Shown: positions 1-7,787 of the stretch, in pieces
Layout: every line of letters starts with the position of its first letter
Numbering within the stretch: the first letter of the stretch is position 1
Program-made: the position numbers and the translations under genes
IMG/VR virus record: IMGVR_UViG_648276652_000017
From: a virus
Taxonomy: Duplodnaviria; Heunggongvirae; Uroviricota; Caudoviricetes
Strand: one strand, 5' to 3'
Length of the DNA stretch: 11,259 nucleotides
The notes under the pieces: generated by a model
What the model saw: the letters and a program-made list of their open reading frames with translations, nothing else
Told to the model about the DNA's origin: nothing
The model's database searches: none

Positions 1-1862
1 TCACCATGATTAATATAGGTAAACTGCGCATTCGCCGTTCCACTTCCGCTGGATGTTGTCGGTGTGGTTATGCGGATCGTCATCGCTGACTTTATCCCCA
101 TCACCTCAATGACAGCGCCGGCGAGATGAATATTTCCGCAGCCCGTATCCGTGATGATTTTATTATTACCGTAAGACCAGGAGCCCTTGCACATCCAGTA
201 TGGGTGGTTAAATGCGCCCTGAGAATCCAGCCACCCGATAAACTGTGCGGTCGTCCAGTCTCCTGTCGTTGTGCTTACGGCCCCACCGAAGGCACGGCAG
301 GCACCAATATTTTTCGTAAAGGTGTCTTTGTCGGGGACATCCGCACCGTTCTTATCTTTCTGCAGTCGTTTCTCAGCATTCTCACAGGCGGCTTTTACGG
401 CCTTTGGTGTTGCCGCCAGTGACTCGGACGTGCTGTTGGTCGCACTGCTGAGCTGGACTATCCCCTTTTTCGTCGTGCTCGCATCCTCAAGCGCCACGGC
501 AGACGCAATATCCTCCGCCCGTTTTGCCGCAGTCTCAGCGCGCGTTGCCGCGGATTCTGCCGTGCTTTTGCTCTGTGCTGCCGCTGTCGCACTGCCAGCT
601 GCCTCTGTCGCCTTCGCGGATGCCGTCGTGGCACTGCCCTGCGCCTCTGACGCCAGCCTTGCCGCCTCATCTTTTGAAGCTGACGCCGATGATGCTGATG
701 ACGCCGCCGAACTGGCGGACGATACGGCTGCCGTTTTTGAGGATTCTGCGCTGGTTTCCGACGCTTTCGCGTTCGTCTCGGATGTCCTCGCAGCGGAAGC
801 AGACCTCGCTGCTGCAGTGGCCTGTTCAGTGGCTTCGCCAGCCTTCGTTGTGGCTGCTGAAGCGGACGATGCGGCGCTTTCTGCCGATTTTCCGGCGGCG
901 GTGGCACTGGCTGAGGCCTCCTCCGCTTTAACTGACGCCTCACGGGACGATGATGCAGCGGCAGTTTCTGAGCCTGCTGCTGCGGAGGCACTCTGTTCCG
1001 CTGCCGTTTCAGAAGACCTGGCGTTCGTCTCAGACGTCTTTGCCGCCTTCGCGGAATTTCCTGCCGCCGTTGCCGAGGAAGCTGCGCTACCGGCGCTCGA
1101 GGCTGCGCTCGTTTCTGATGATTTTGCAGCCTCTTTTGAGGCCGCCGCATCCCTGGCTGACGTGGCAGCTTCTGACGCTTTCGAGGTCGCGGTGGATGCA
1201 GACGTGGCGGCTGATTGTTGTGACGCTGCCGCATTCGTTTCTGACGTTTTCGCGGCACCGGCACTGGTGGCCGCCGCGCTTTTTGAGGACTCTGCAGCGG
1301 CAGCACTTTTTGATGCCTCAGCGGCCTTTGCTGAGGCTGTTTCTGCGCCGGAAGATGCTTCCTGTGCTGACGTCGCAGCCTGTCCGGCGGACGTGCTGGC
1401 GGCGCGTGCTGAGCCTGCAGCATCAGTCGCATGGGTTGCCGCCTCACGGGCAGATGTTCCGGCATCGCCGGCGGATTTTTTCGCGGCTGCCGTGTTCTGT
1501 GCCACTGCGGACGCGTTACGCGCCACCTCTTCCACCATCAGTTCAAAACGGCGCAGAGCCTCCGGACGGGCATCATCCTCCGTCATGGCACCGAGAAAAT
1601 CATTCAGCGTACCGGGTCGGGAATCTTCATACACGGTGATGGTGCCGGCATGTGACGGCGGAAAACCGTCAACCAGCAGGATGACACCGTACTGGCCGTA
1701 CTCAACGTCCATACTGTAACGCCCGGCTTCATCCGGATTTTCTGAGGCCACCGTGTTCACCACCACCGTGGTACTGTTACGTTTTGCTTTCAGCTGAATG
1801 GTGCAGTTCTGTACCGGTTTACCTGCACCGTCTTTCAGCACGCCTGAAATCTTTACTGCCAT
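1..1862 (-). CDS. stf: Side tail fiber protein (lambda Stf/orf-401 family), 3'-partial; gene continues beyond window start
   Basis: Minus-strand ATG at 1862..1860. Hand translation begins MAVKISGVLKDGAGKPVQNCTIQLKAKRNSTTVVVNTVASE, the N-terminus I recall for lambda Stf. Centre is Ala/Ser/Thr-rich with KTSETNA-like repeats (e.g. SSETAAEQSASAAAGSETA around 960..1020). I checked by hand that this frame has no stop from 1862 down to position 3 (no TTA/CTA/TCA in plus frame 3). The plus ORFs 271..1719, 524..931, 950..1639 and minus ORF 458..1465 are out-of-frame shadows of this gene. Confidence 0.85.
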   Translation of the reverse strand, partial: MAVKISGVLKDGAGKPVQNCTIQLKAKRNSTTVVVNTVASENPDEAGRYSMDVEYGQYGVILLVDGFPPSHAGTITVYEDSRPGTLNDFLGAMTEDDARPEALRRFELMVEEVARNASAVAQNTAAAKKSAGDAGTSAREAATHATDAAGSARAASTSAGQAATSAQEASSGAETASAKAAEASKSAAAAESSKSAAATSAGAAKTSETNAAASQQSAATSASTATSKASEAATSARDAAASKEAAKSSETSAASSAGSAASSATAAGNSAKAAKTSETNARSSETAAEQSASAAAGSETAAASSSREASVKAEEASASATAAGKSAESAASSASAATTKAGEATEQATAAARSASAARTSETNAKASETSAESSKTAAVSSASSAASSASSASASKDEAARLASEAQGSATTASAKATEAAGSATAAAQSKSTAESAATRAETAAKRAEDIASAVALEDASTTKKGIVQLSSATNSTSESLAATPKAVKAACENAEKRLQKDKNGADVPDKDTFTKNIGACRAFGGAVSTTTGDWTTAQFIGWLDSQGAFNHPYWMCKGSWSYGNNKIITDTGCGNIHLAGAVIEVMGIKSAMTIRITTPTTSSGSGTANAQFTYINHG

Positions 1863-1873
1863 ATTCGTTCCAC

Positions 1874-1901
1874 AAATAAAAAAGGTGCCATTTCTGGCAC
1901 C
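1874..1901 (-). terminator. Putative intrinsic terminator between J and stf (7-bp GC-rich stem, 4-nt loop, T-tract on the minus strand)
   Basis: Plus 1884..1901 is ggtgcca-tttc-tggcacc. On the minus-strand transcript the hairpin GGUGCCA-GAAA-UGGCACC is followed directly by UUUUUUAUUU (complement of plus 1874..1883). It lies 3' of the J stop (1921..1923) and about 13 nt upstream of the stf ATG. Confidence 0.6.
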
Positions 1902-1920
1902 CGGTCTGGTTTCTGAACAT

Positions 1921-4900
1921 TCAGCTGATACTGATACCAGCTGTGGATTTCTTCATCACGACAACAAGAAGGTCACTGATACTGCTCGTTGGCGTCCAGT
2001 TATTAGCGCCATATGAAGAGACATTGAAAGTCAGGGTGACATGCCCGTGTCCTGCAGGCATATCAATGACTGATGAAAATACCCGACTGACATCCGTCGC
2101 AGGTTGGTGAAAGATTTCCTGTCCGTTCTTCAGTACCTGCAGCTTACAGGTTGAATACCAGTATGACTGTTGGTTGTTGCTGTTGAAGTTTTCATGCTTA
2201 CCACCGCGAAACAGAACGGGTGGAATCACTATCTGACGGTCAAAAGCCTGATCATCATACACAGTGACCGTTATCGTACCGCTGGCATAACTGCTGTTTC
2301 TCGGAAAGGCTTTTCCCACCGTTTTGACAATATCGCCTTCAATCTGGCTGGCAGACAGTTTTCCCAGAATCCGGCAGTTCTGGTTAATCGTGACGTTGTT
2401 GAGTGTTCCGGAGTTCGCATTTACATTACCGCTGATATCGGCATTTTTCGCCGTCAGCCGCCCGTCCGGCGTCAGGGAAAAGGCCGGAGGATTGCCGCCG
2501 CTGGTAATGGTGGGGGCCGTCAGGCGCTTCAGGAACACGTCGTTCATGAATATCTGATCGCCCTGACCAACAAACATCGGTTTTGTGTTGCCATTCGCAG
2601 GATTAACCATCGCAATCCTGTCCGCCGCCAGCAGCACCTGACTCTGCATGCCGTCAGGGGTGTTCTCAATACCGGCACCAATACCCGCGATATAAAGGCG
2701 TCCGTCCTGCATCTGCTGCAGCTTCACAGCCCACATGCTGTTCAGATTATTATTTGTATCAACCTGAACCTTCTGTATCTGCTGAATTGCCGCACTCTGG
2801 TCTTCCAGTTTCTTATTGACGGTCTGTGTGATTTCATTGCTGACATCCGTAATGGACGTCCTGATTTCAGCCAGATCAGGCGCCAGCTGACCGTTATCAA
2901 TCTGCGTCCACAGCTCCTGAGCCAGATGGGTTTTTCCTATCTCGCCTTTGAAAAAATCCAGATAGCCGGATGCATCATCACTCGGCTGACCAACAGCCTC
3001 CACGAATGCCGATTTGCCAACGGTGTTCACACTGCGGATATAAAAGTAATAATCATGGCCCGGCCTGATATTGATACTGGCGGCTATCCAGTACAGCGCC
3101 GTGCCAAGATAGCGTGCTGTGGTTTCAACCTGCCTGATATCCGCAATCCGCTTTTCCGAGAACCAGAACTCAAACTGTACCGTCGGATCATAAACCGCAA
3201 GATGCGGCGTGGCGGTTATCTGAAAATAGCCCGGCGTCAGCTCAATCCGCGACGGCGCTGCCGGTGCGGCAATCCGGAACGATACCGACGCCGGATCGCC
3301 CTGCTGCCCCCACGCATTTACTGCCCGGACTGTCAGCCTGTAGTTCCCCAGAGCCAGTTGTGTGAAGCGGTAAGTGGTTTCCGTCGTCCGGGCCGTGCTG
3401 ACCAGCCGCTCACTGCCGTCATCCGCTGCCACGGTCAGGCGAAGCATGAAACTCACGCCCTTCACCACCTTCGGCGTGTCCCAGCGGGCCAGTACCTGAT
3501 ACTCCCCGCTGTCTGCGGTGACTTCGGCAGTCAGGTGCTGCACTGCTGGCGGCGTGACACCATTCACCGTGCCGCTCTGGTCGCCGTCAAAGTGCGCCCC
3601 GTTATCCACGATAGCTTCTTTTTCCGGTACATGCTGCACGGCAGTGATGGCATACGTGCCGTCGTCGTTCTCACGGATACTCACGCAGCGGAACAGGCGC
3701 TGGCGCAGCGTCGGCAGCTTCAGCCCCCATACGCTGTATCCGGCAACGCCGTCAGGAACACGGCTCACTTTCACCTTCACGCCGTCGGTGACGGACTGAA
3801 CCTCCACGCTGACCGGATTACCACTTCCGTCAACCAGGCTTATCAGCGTGGTACCGGAGGATGGCAGCGTGATTTCACGGTCGAGCGTCAGCGTCCGGGT
3901 CTGGCTGTTTACCGCCAGCACGCGTCCGCCGGTGCGGATACCGGCATAGTCATCATCGCAGATTTCAATGACATCGCCCGGTACATGGCGAAGCCCTTCG
4001 GCACCCACGCTGAAGTCCACGGTCTGCGTTTCCAGCAGTTCTGTTTTAATCAGCCACAGCCCGGCGCGGTGTGCCTGCCCCCGGCTGGTACAGCCAAAAG
4101 CATCCATCTTCGTGACGTTACGACCGTAACGGGCAATGGCCTGCGTGTCCTCCACAAGCTCTGTCGCCGTCTCCCAGCCGTTATTCGGGTCAATCCAGTT
4201 CACCTCAACGGCATTATGGCGGTCCTTCAGGGCGCTGAAGCTGTAGCGGAACGGCGCGCCATCATCCGGCATCACCACATTACTGCGGTTATAGGTCCAC
4301 ACCTTATCCGACGGTCGGTCCTGCACGAACGTCAGCGTCTGCCCGTTCCATACCGGCATACAGCGCATCGCCGAGCAGAAATCACTGAGCACATCCCACG
4401 CCTTGCGCTGTGTGGTCAGGTACGCATTACAGGTGATGCGCGGCTCCGTGCCGCCAAAGCCGTCCGGCACTGACTGGTCGCAGTACTGGCCGATGACATA
4501 CAGCGCCCATTTGTCCACATCCGCCGCACCAAGACGTTTCCCCATGCCGTAGCGTGGATGGGTCAGCATATCCCACAGACACCAGGCCATGTTATTGCTG
4601 TATGCTGGCTTAAACGTTCCGTCCCAGATACCGCTGTATTGCCGAGTCTGCGGGTTATAGTTCGACGGCACCTGCAGAATACGCCCGCGCAGATGATAAT
4701 TACGGCTCACCTGCTGGCTGCCGAACTGCTCCGAATCCACCTGTACGCCGACCAGTGCCGTGTTCGGGTAGCACTGTTTCACATCGATGATTTCGGTGTA
4801 TGACGACCAGAGCGTTTTGTTCTGCAGCTGGTCTGTGGTGCTGTCCGGCGTCATCCTGCGCATCCGGATATTGAACGGGCGCGGCGGCAGGTTACCCACC

Positions 4901-5403
4901 ACCACCGATGCCAGATACTGCGAGGTGGTTTTGCCTTTAATGGTGATGTCTTTTTCCGTCACCCAGCCACCATTACGCTGTATCTGAACCAGCAGGCGGA
5001 CTTCCGACGGATTCCGGTCCCCCTTTGAGGTGGTTTCCACCAGTGCCTGCACACCGAAGGTAAAGCGCAGACGGTCGATGTTTGCCGACGTGATGGTCCT
5101 GGTAATCGGCGTGTCGTACTTCACTTCCGTACCCAGCACCGTCTCGGAGCCGGAGGATTCAAATCCCTCCGGCGGTGTCTGCTCCTGCTCACCGGCCCGG
5201 AACACCACCGTGACGCCGGATATATTGGTATTCCCCTCACTGTCCAGCACCGGCGTACTGTTCAGCAGCACGCTTTTTAATCCGTCCACCGGACCTTCAA
5301 CCGGCCCTTCGCTGATGGCATCGATCACACTCAGCAGCTGCGTGGACTTCAGGTTGTCCTTCGCTTCGCGCGGGGTATGCCCCTTACTGCTGCCTTTACC
5401 CAT
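1921..5403 (-). CDS. J: Tail tip attachment / host specificity protein J (central tail fiber), 1160 aa
   Basis: ORF track translation starts [54 protein letters not shown] and is collinear over most of its length with lambda J as I recall it (lambda J is 1132 aa). ATG at 5403..5401 and TGA at 1923..1921 confirmed from sequence. The C-terminal roughly 250 residues appear divergent from lambda J. Confidence 0.95.
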   Translation of the reverse strand: MGKGSSKGHTPREAKDNLKSTQLLSVIDAISEGPVEGPVDGLKSVLLNSTPVLDSEGNTNISGVTVVFRAGEQEQTPPEGFESSGSETVLGTEVKYDTPITRTITSANIDRLRFTFGVQALVETTSKGDRNPSEVRLLVQIQRNGGWVTEKDITIKGKTTSQYLASVVVGNLPPRPFNIRMRRMTPDSTTDQLQNKTLWSSYTEIIDVKQCYPNTALVGVQVDSEQFGSQQVSRNYHLRGRILQVPSNYNPQTRQYSGIWDGTFKPAYSNNMAWCLWDMLTHPRYGMGKRLGAADVDKWALYVIGQYCDQSVPDGFGGTEPRITCNAYLTTQRKAWDVLSDFCSAMRCMPVWNGQTLTFVQDRPSDKVWTYNRSNVVMPDDGAPFRYSFSALKDRHNAVEVNWIDPNNGWETATELVEDTQAIARYGRNVTKMDAFGCTSRGQAHRAGLWLIKTELLETQTVDFSVGAEGLRHVPGDVIEICDDDYAGIRTGGRVLAVNSQTRTLTLDREITLPSSGTTLISLVDGSGNPVSVEVQSVTDGVKVKVSRVPDGVAGYSVWGLKLPTLRQRLFRCVSIRENDDGTYAITAVQHVPEKEAIVDNGAHFDGDQSGTVNGVTPPAVQHLTAEVTADSGEYQVLARWDTPKVVKGVSFMLRLTVAADDGSERLVSTARTTETTYRFTQLALGNYRLTVRAVNAWGQQGDPASVSFRIAAPAAPSRIELTPGYFQITATPHLAVYDPTVQFEFWFSEKRIADIRQVETTARYLGTALYWIAASINIRPGHDYYFYIRSVNTVGKSAFVEAVGQPSDDASGYLDFFKGEIGKTHLAQELWTQIDNGQLAPDLAEIRTSITDVSNEITQTVNKKLEDQSAAIQQIQKVQVDTNNNLNSMWAVKLQQMQDGRLYIAGIGAGIENTPDGMQSQVLLAADRIAMVNPANGNTKPMFVGQGDQIFMNDVFLKRLTAPTITSGGNPPAFSLTPDGRLTAKNADISGNVNANSGTLNNVTINQNCRILGKLSASQIEGDIVKTVGKAFPRNSSYASGTITVTVYDDQAFDRQIVIPPVLFRGGKHENFNSNNQQSYWYSTCKLQVLKNGQEIFHQPATDVSRVFSSVIDMPAGHGHVTLTFNVSSYGANNWTPTSSISDLLVVVMKKSTAGISIS

Positions 5404-5425
5404 TCGTCATGCTCCATAAACGATA

Positions 5426-5445
5426 AAACCGCCCGGAGGCGGTTT
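5426..5445 (-). other. Perfect 8-bp stem / 4-nt loop hairpin in the I-J intergenic spacer
   Basis: Plus 5426..5433 aaaccgcc pairs with 5438..5445 ggcggttt, loop cgga. On the minus transcript it is followed by UAUCGUUUAUGGAGC and then the J ATG, with GGAG about 9 nt upstream of the start. Confidence 0.5.
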
Positions 5446-5463
5446 CACATAAAACATTTTGCA

Positions 5464-6105
5464 TCAGCGACCAATCACCACAACCTGACCACCATCCCCT
5501 TCGTCTGCCGTGCTGATCTCCTGAGAAACCACGCGTGACCCCACGCGCATTTCACCGTACAGAACCGGCAGAACATTGCCCTGGGCAACCATGTTATCCA
5601 GTGAAGAAAAATAGGTATTCTGTTTGCCGTTATCCGTTGTCTGTGTGCGGGGGGTTTTGGGTTTAGGGGCCAGCATCTGTGCAACACCGCCAAGCGTCAT
5701 ACTGGCACCGAGAGAAAACAGCAGATTACTCGCCATAATTCCTACCCCCGGCATCCATATAGCAACCGCCATAACAGCCGCCCCCAGCACAGCCTGAAAC
5801 ACACCGCCACTTTTGGCTCCTGCCAGACGCGGCACGATATGGATCACGGCACCATTTTCCAGCGGCTCATTAAGACGGGCAGACAATTCGGTTTCACCTG
5901 CATCACGCCCGGCAATGCGTACCTGGTACCAGCCGTCGCTCAGTTTCTGACGAAATGCCGGGATCTGCATGGCCAGCGCCCGGATGGCTTCGGACCCCGT
6001 TTTCACTCGAAGGTCGATGCGGCGGCCAAATCGTTGTAAATCCCCGTAAAGGCAGATGCGTGCCATGCCCGGTGACGCCAGAGGGAGTGTGTGCGTCGCT
6101 GCCAT
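5464..6105 (-). CDS. I: Tail tip assembly protein I (ubiquitin-like N-terminal domain family), 213 aa
   Basis: Translation MAATHTLPLASPGMARICLYGDLQRFGRRIDLRVKTG ... NGKQNTYFSSLDNMVAQGNVLPVLYGEMRVGSRVVSQEISTADEGDGGQVVVIGR matches lambda gpI as I recall it. Position is between K and J as in lambda. ATG at 6105..6103 confirmed. The start overlaps the 3' end of K by 103 nt in another frame, so the true start could be a downstream Met. Confidence 0.9.
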   Translation of the reverse strand: MAATHTLPLASPGMARICLYGDLQRFGRRIDLRVKTGSEAIRALAMQIPAFRQKLSDGWYQVRIAGRDAGETELSARLNEPLENGAVIHIVPRLAGAKSGGVFQAVLGAAVMAVAIWMPGVGIMASNLLFSLGASMTLGGVAQMLAPKPKTPRTQTTDNGKQNTYFSSLDNMVAQGNVLPVLYGEMRVGSRVVSQEISTADEGDGGQVVVIGR

Positions 6106-6746
6106 TTGTCGGTGTACCTCTCTCGTTTGCTCAGTTGTTCAGGAATATGGTGCAGCAGCTCGCTGTCACCACAGTAAATGGCGGCATGATTCGGCACCGA
6201 TGAACCAAAACAGCACAGCAGCACATCGCCCGGCTGCGCCGCTGACAACGGCACCTGATACAGCCCTGTGGCCTCCAGATTATCCAGATAGAGATTCTGA
6301 CCGTTACGCCACCAGTCATCCCCGCGATGAAAATCCGGCATCTCAATTCCCGCCAGATGGTAAGCGTCCCGGAACAGCGTGTAACAGTCCGTTACCCCGT
6401 GCTCAAAGCGCCGCCCGGTGAGATGCGGCACACAGCGGAATTTATGAATCGCCCCCCGGCAGACCAGCCACCACGGCAAATCACTCTGTACCTGCAGCCG
6501 CCGGTCGGCCTCACTCAGCCAGGGCAGACCACCGGGGTGGCTGTGGACCAGCGCCACAATCTCTCTCTGCATTTCTGCACTCAGCCAGTCCTCCGGCGAC
6601 ATCCGGAAATACTCCTCCGGCTCACCGGAGATATTCACGCAGGGAAAATATCTTTCCTCCTCCGGCGTTCTCACCACGAAGCCGCACGACTCCGCTGGCG
6701 CACATCGCCGGGCGTGCGCCAGAATCGCTGATTCTGTCTCTGTCAT
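6003..6746 (-). CDS. K: Tail tip assembly protein K (JAB/MPN metalloprotease-like plus NlpC/P60 peptidase-like domains), 247 aa
   Basis: Translation MTETESAILAHARRCAPAESCGFVV... contains a JAMM-like motif HSHPGGLPWLSEAD (HxH-x7-S-xx-D) and NlpC/P60-like Cys/His context (GVTDCYTLF, VPNHAAIYCGD). ATG at 6746..6744 lies 3 nt downstream of the L stop. Length is longer than the 199 aa I recall for lambda K, so the 3' end should be checked against references. Confidence 0.9.
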   Translation of the reverse strand: MTETESAILAHARRCAPAESCGFVVRTPEEERYFPCVNISGEPEEYFRMSPEDWLSAEMQREIVALVHSHPGGLPWLSEADRRLQVQSDLPWWLVCRGAIHKFRCVPHLTGRRFEHGVTDCYTLFRDAYHLAGIEMPDFHRGDDWWRNGQNLYLDNLEATGLYQVPLSAAQPGDVLLCCFGSSVPNHAAIYCGDSELLHHIPEQLSKRERYTDKWQRRTHSLWRHRAWHASAFTGIYNDLAAASTFE

Positions 6747-6751
6747 GGGAT

Positions 6752-7450
6752 TTACTGCGAAAGTTTGTTAATGGAAAGGAAGCTGCCAAAGTTGCCGACA
6801 TTATTGCGAAACTTACAGCCACTCAGGCATTTGCTGCATTTATCCTTCGTGATATCGGACGTCGGCTGGTCATATTCATCCGCGACCGCCGGACCGCTAT
6901 AACCGCACTCATCGCCGCGATAGGTCCAGGTGCAGGTGTTGGCCAGCATGATACGTCCCGGAAAAACAGCGCCATCCGTTTCAGTCGGCGTGGACAGTAC
7001 AAAAGAGGCACTGACCGCGCTCAGTTCGCTGCACTGCTCGATGCGCCAGCGGCTGATCACCTCCTGCTCCGGATCGGCTTCGCTGTTTCCGTTGACGAAG
7101 TTCACCGCATCCAGAAAGCGGGCGTAAACCTTACGCCGGACCACCGTTCCGCCGACCAGACTCTGCAGATCTTCCGCCATCCCGGTGATCATGCCGTGCA
7201 GGTTAGAGACCGTCAGTGTCGGACGGGCAGCACTGCCCTTGCCGTTCATCTCAAATCCACTCCCCTGAATGGGATAGGCCTGATACTGCCGACTCTGCCA
7301 GGTGACAGACTCACCTTTTTCGTTCTGCTCATTACAGAAAAAGTAGCGATCCCCGCCTACCTCGGTCAGGTCGATTTCCCAGAGCACCACGCTGGCCGAC
7401 TGCTCCGCACGAATGCATTCATTCAGCGTTTCCTGTTGTATGTCCTGCAT
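6752..7450 (-). CDS. L: Minor tail protein L, 232 aa
   Basis: Translation MQDIQQETLNECIRAEQSASVVLWEIDLTEVGG ... CSKCLSGCKFRNNVGNFGSFLSINKLSQ is near-identical to lambda gpL as I recall it, with the same length (232 aa). ATG at 7450..7448, TAA at 6754..6752. Confidence 0.95.
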   Translation of the reverse strand: MQDIQQETLNECIRAEQSASVVLWEIDLTEVGGDRYFFCNEQNEKGESVTWQSRQYQAYPIQGSGFEMNGKGSAARPTLTVSNLHGMITGMAEDLQSLVGGTVVRRKVYARFLDAVNFVNGNSEADPEQEVISRWRIEQCSELSAVSASFVLSTPTETDGAVFPGRIMLANTCTWTYRGDECGYSGPAVADEYDQPTSDITKDKCSKCLSGCKFRNNVGNFGSFLSINKLSQ

Positions 7451-7454
7451 CAGA

Positions 7455-7787
7455 TCACCACTTCGTCAAACTGACACGAAAAATCGGTATAGGTGATATG
7501 TTCTGTCGCTGACCACGTTCGACACACCACTCTGATTTTTCTGTTAATACCCGGCGGGCGCCAAAAAAAGATTTATAGCCTTCATGCCGGGCTAAAAATT
7601 TTTCAAATGAATCACGTTCATTCGCCTCAACTTTGAAATCACAGGTGAAAACGCGCAGAGAATGATTAAGTCCATTTGGACTTCGTTGCTCATAACCATC
7701 GCCAAATCTTACAGTTTTTATCGATGGTTTATTTTCTGTTTTCATTCCATCCTCTGGTAACCAGTGAAATTCTTCCGTATTAGCCAC
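7455..7787 (-). CDS. M: Minor tail protein M (lambda gpM family, divergent), 110 aa
   Basis: Translation contains FHWLPEDGM...[12 protein letters not shown], resembling lambda gpM (FRWKVKPGM...KVRFGDGYSQR). The start codon at 7787..7785 is GTG, not ATG, and overlaps the H stop (minus strand GTGGCTAA, with TAA at 7782..7780). Similarity to lambda M extends upstream of the internal ATG at 7745, which favours the GTG start. The gene lies in A+T-rich DNA, unlike L. Confidence 0.8.

Noticed and set aside
271-1719. 482-aa Ala/Asp/Ser-rich plus ORF and 335-aa Arg/Gln/Pro-rich minus ORF (458..1465), plus 524..931 and 950..1639
   Set aside because: Alternative-frame or antisense readings of the repetitive stf gene. 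The true stf frame gives the conserved MAVKISGVLKDG… N-terminus and is open across the whole region.
2170-4473. 767-aa plus-strand ORF antisense to J (plus shorter plus ORFs 2324..2557, 3518..3799, 4558..4803, 4787..4987, 5030..5419)
   Set aside because: Arg/Gly/His-rich low-complexity translation with no recognisable motifs, lying entirely inside the well-supported J coding region on the opposite strand. Long antisense ORFs are expected in G+C-rich coding DNA.
5839-6731. Several ORFs overlapping K and I in other frames (5839..6039, 5955..6203, 6056..6421, 6131..6346, 6327..6731, 5475..5693)
   Set aside because: All fall within the K/I coding region in alternative frames or on the opposite strand. 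K and I are supported by conserved motifs and synteny, these are not.
6622-7474. ORFs overlapping L on either strand (6622..6822, 6823..7011, 6930..7127, 7196..7474)
   Set aside because: Nested within or antisense to the near-identical lambda L homologue, with no independent support.
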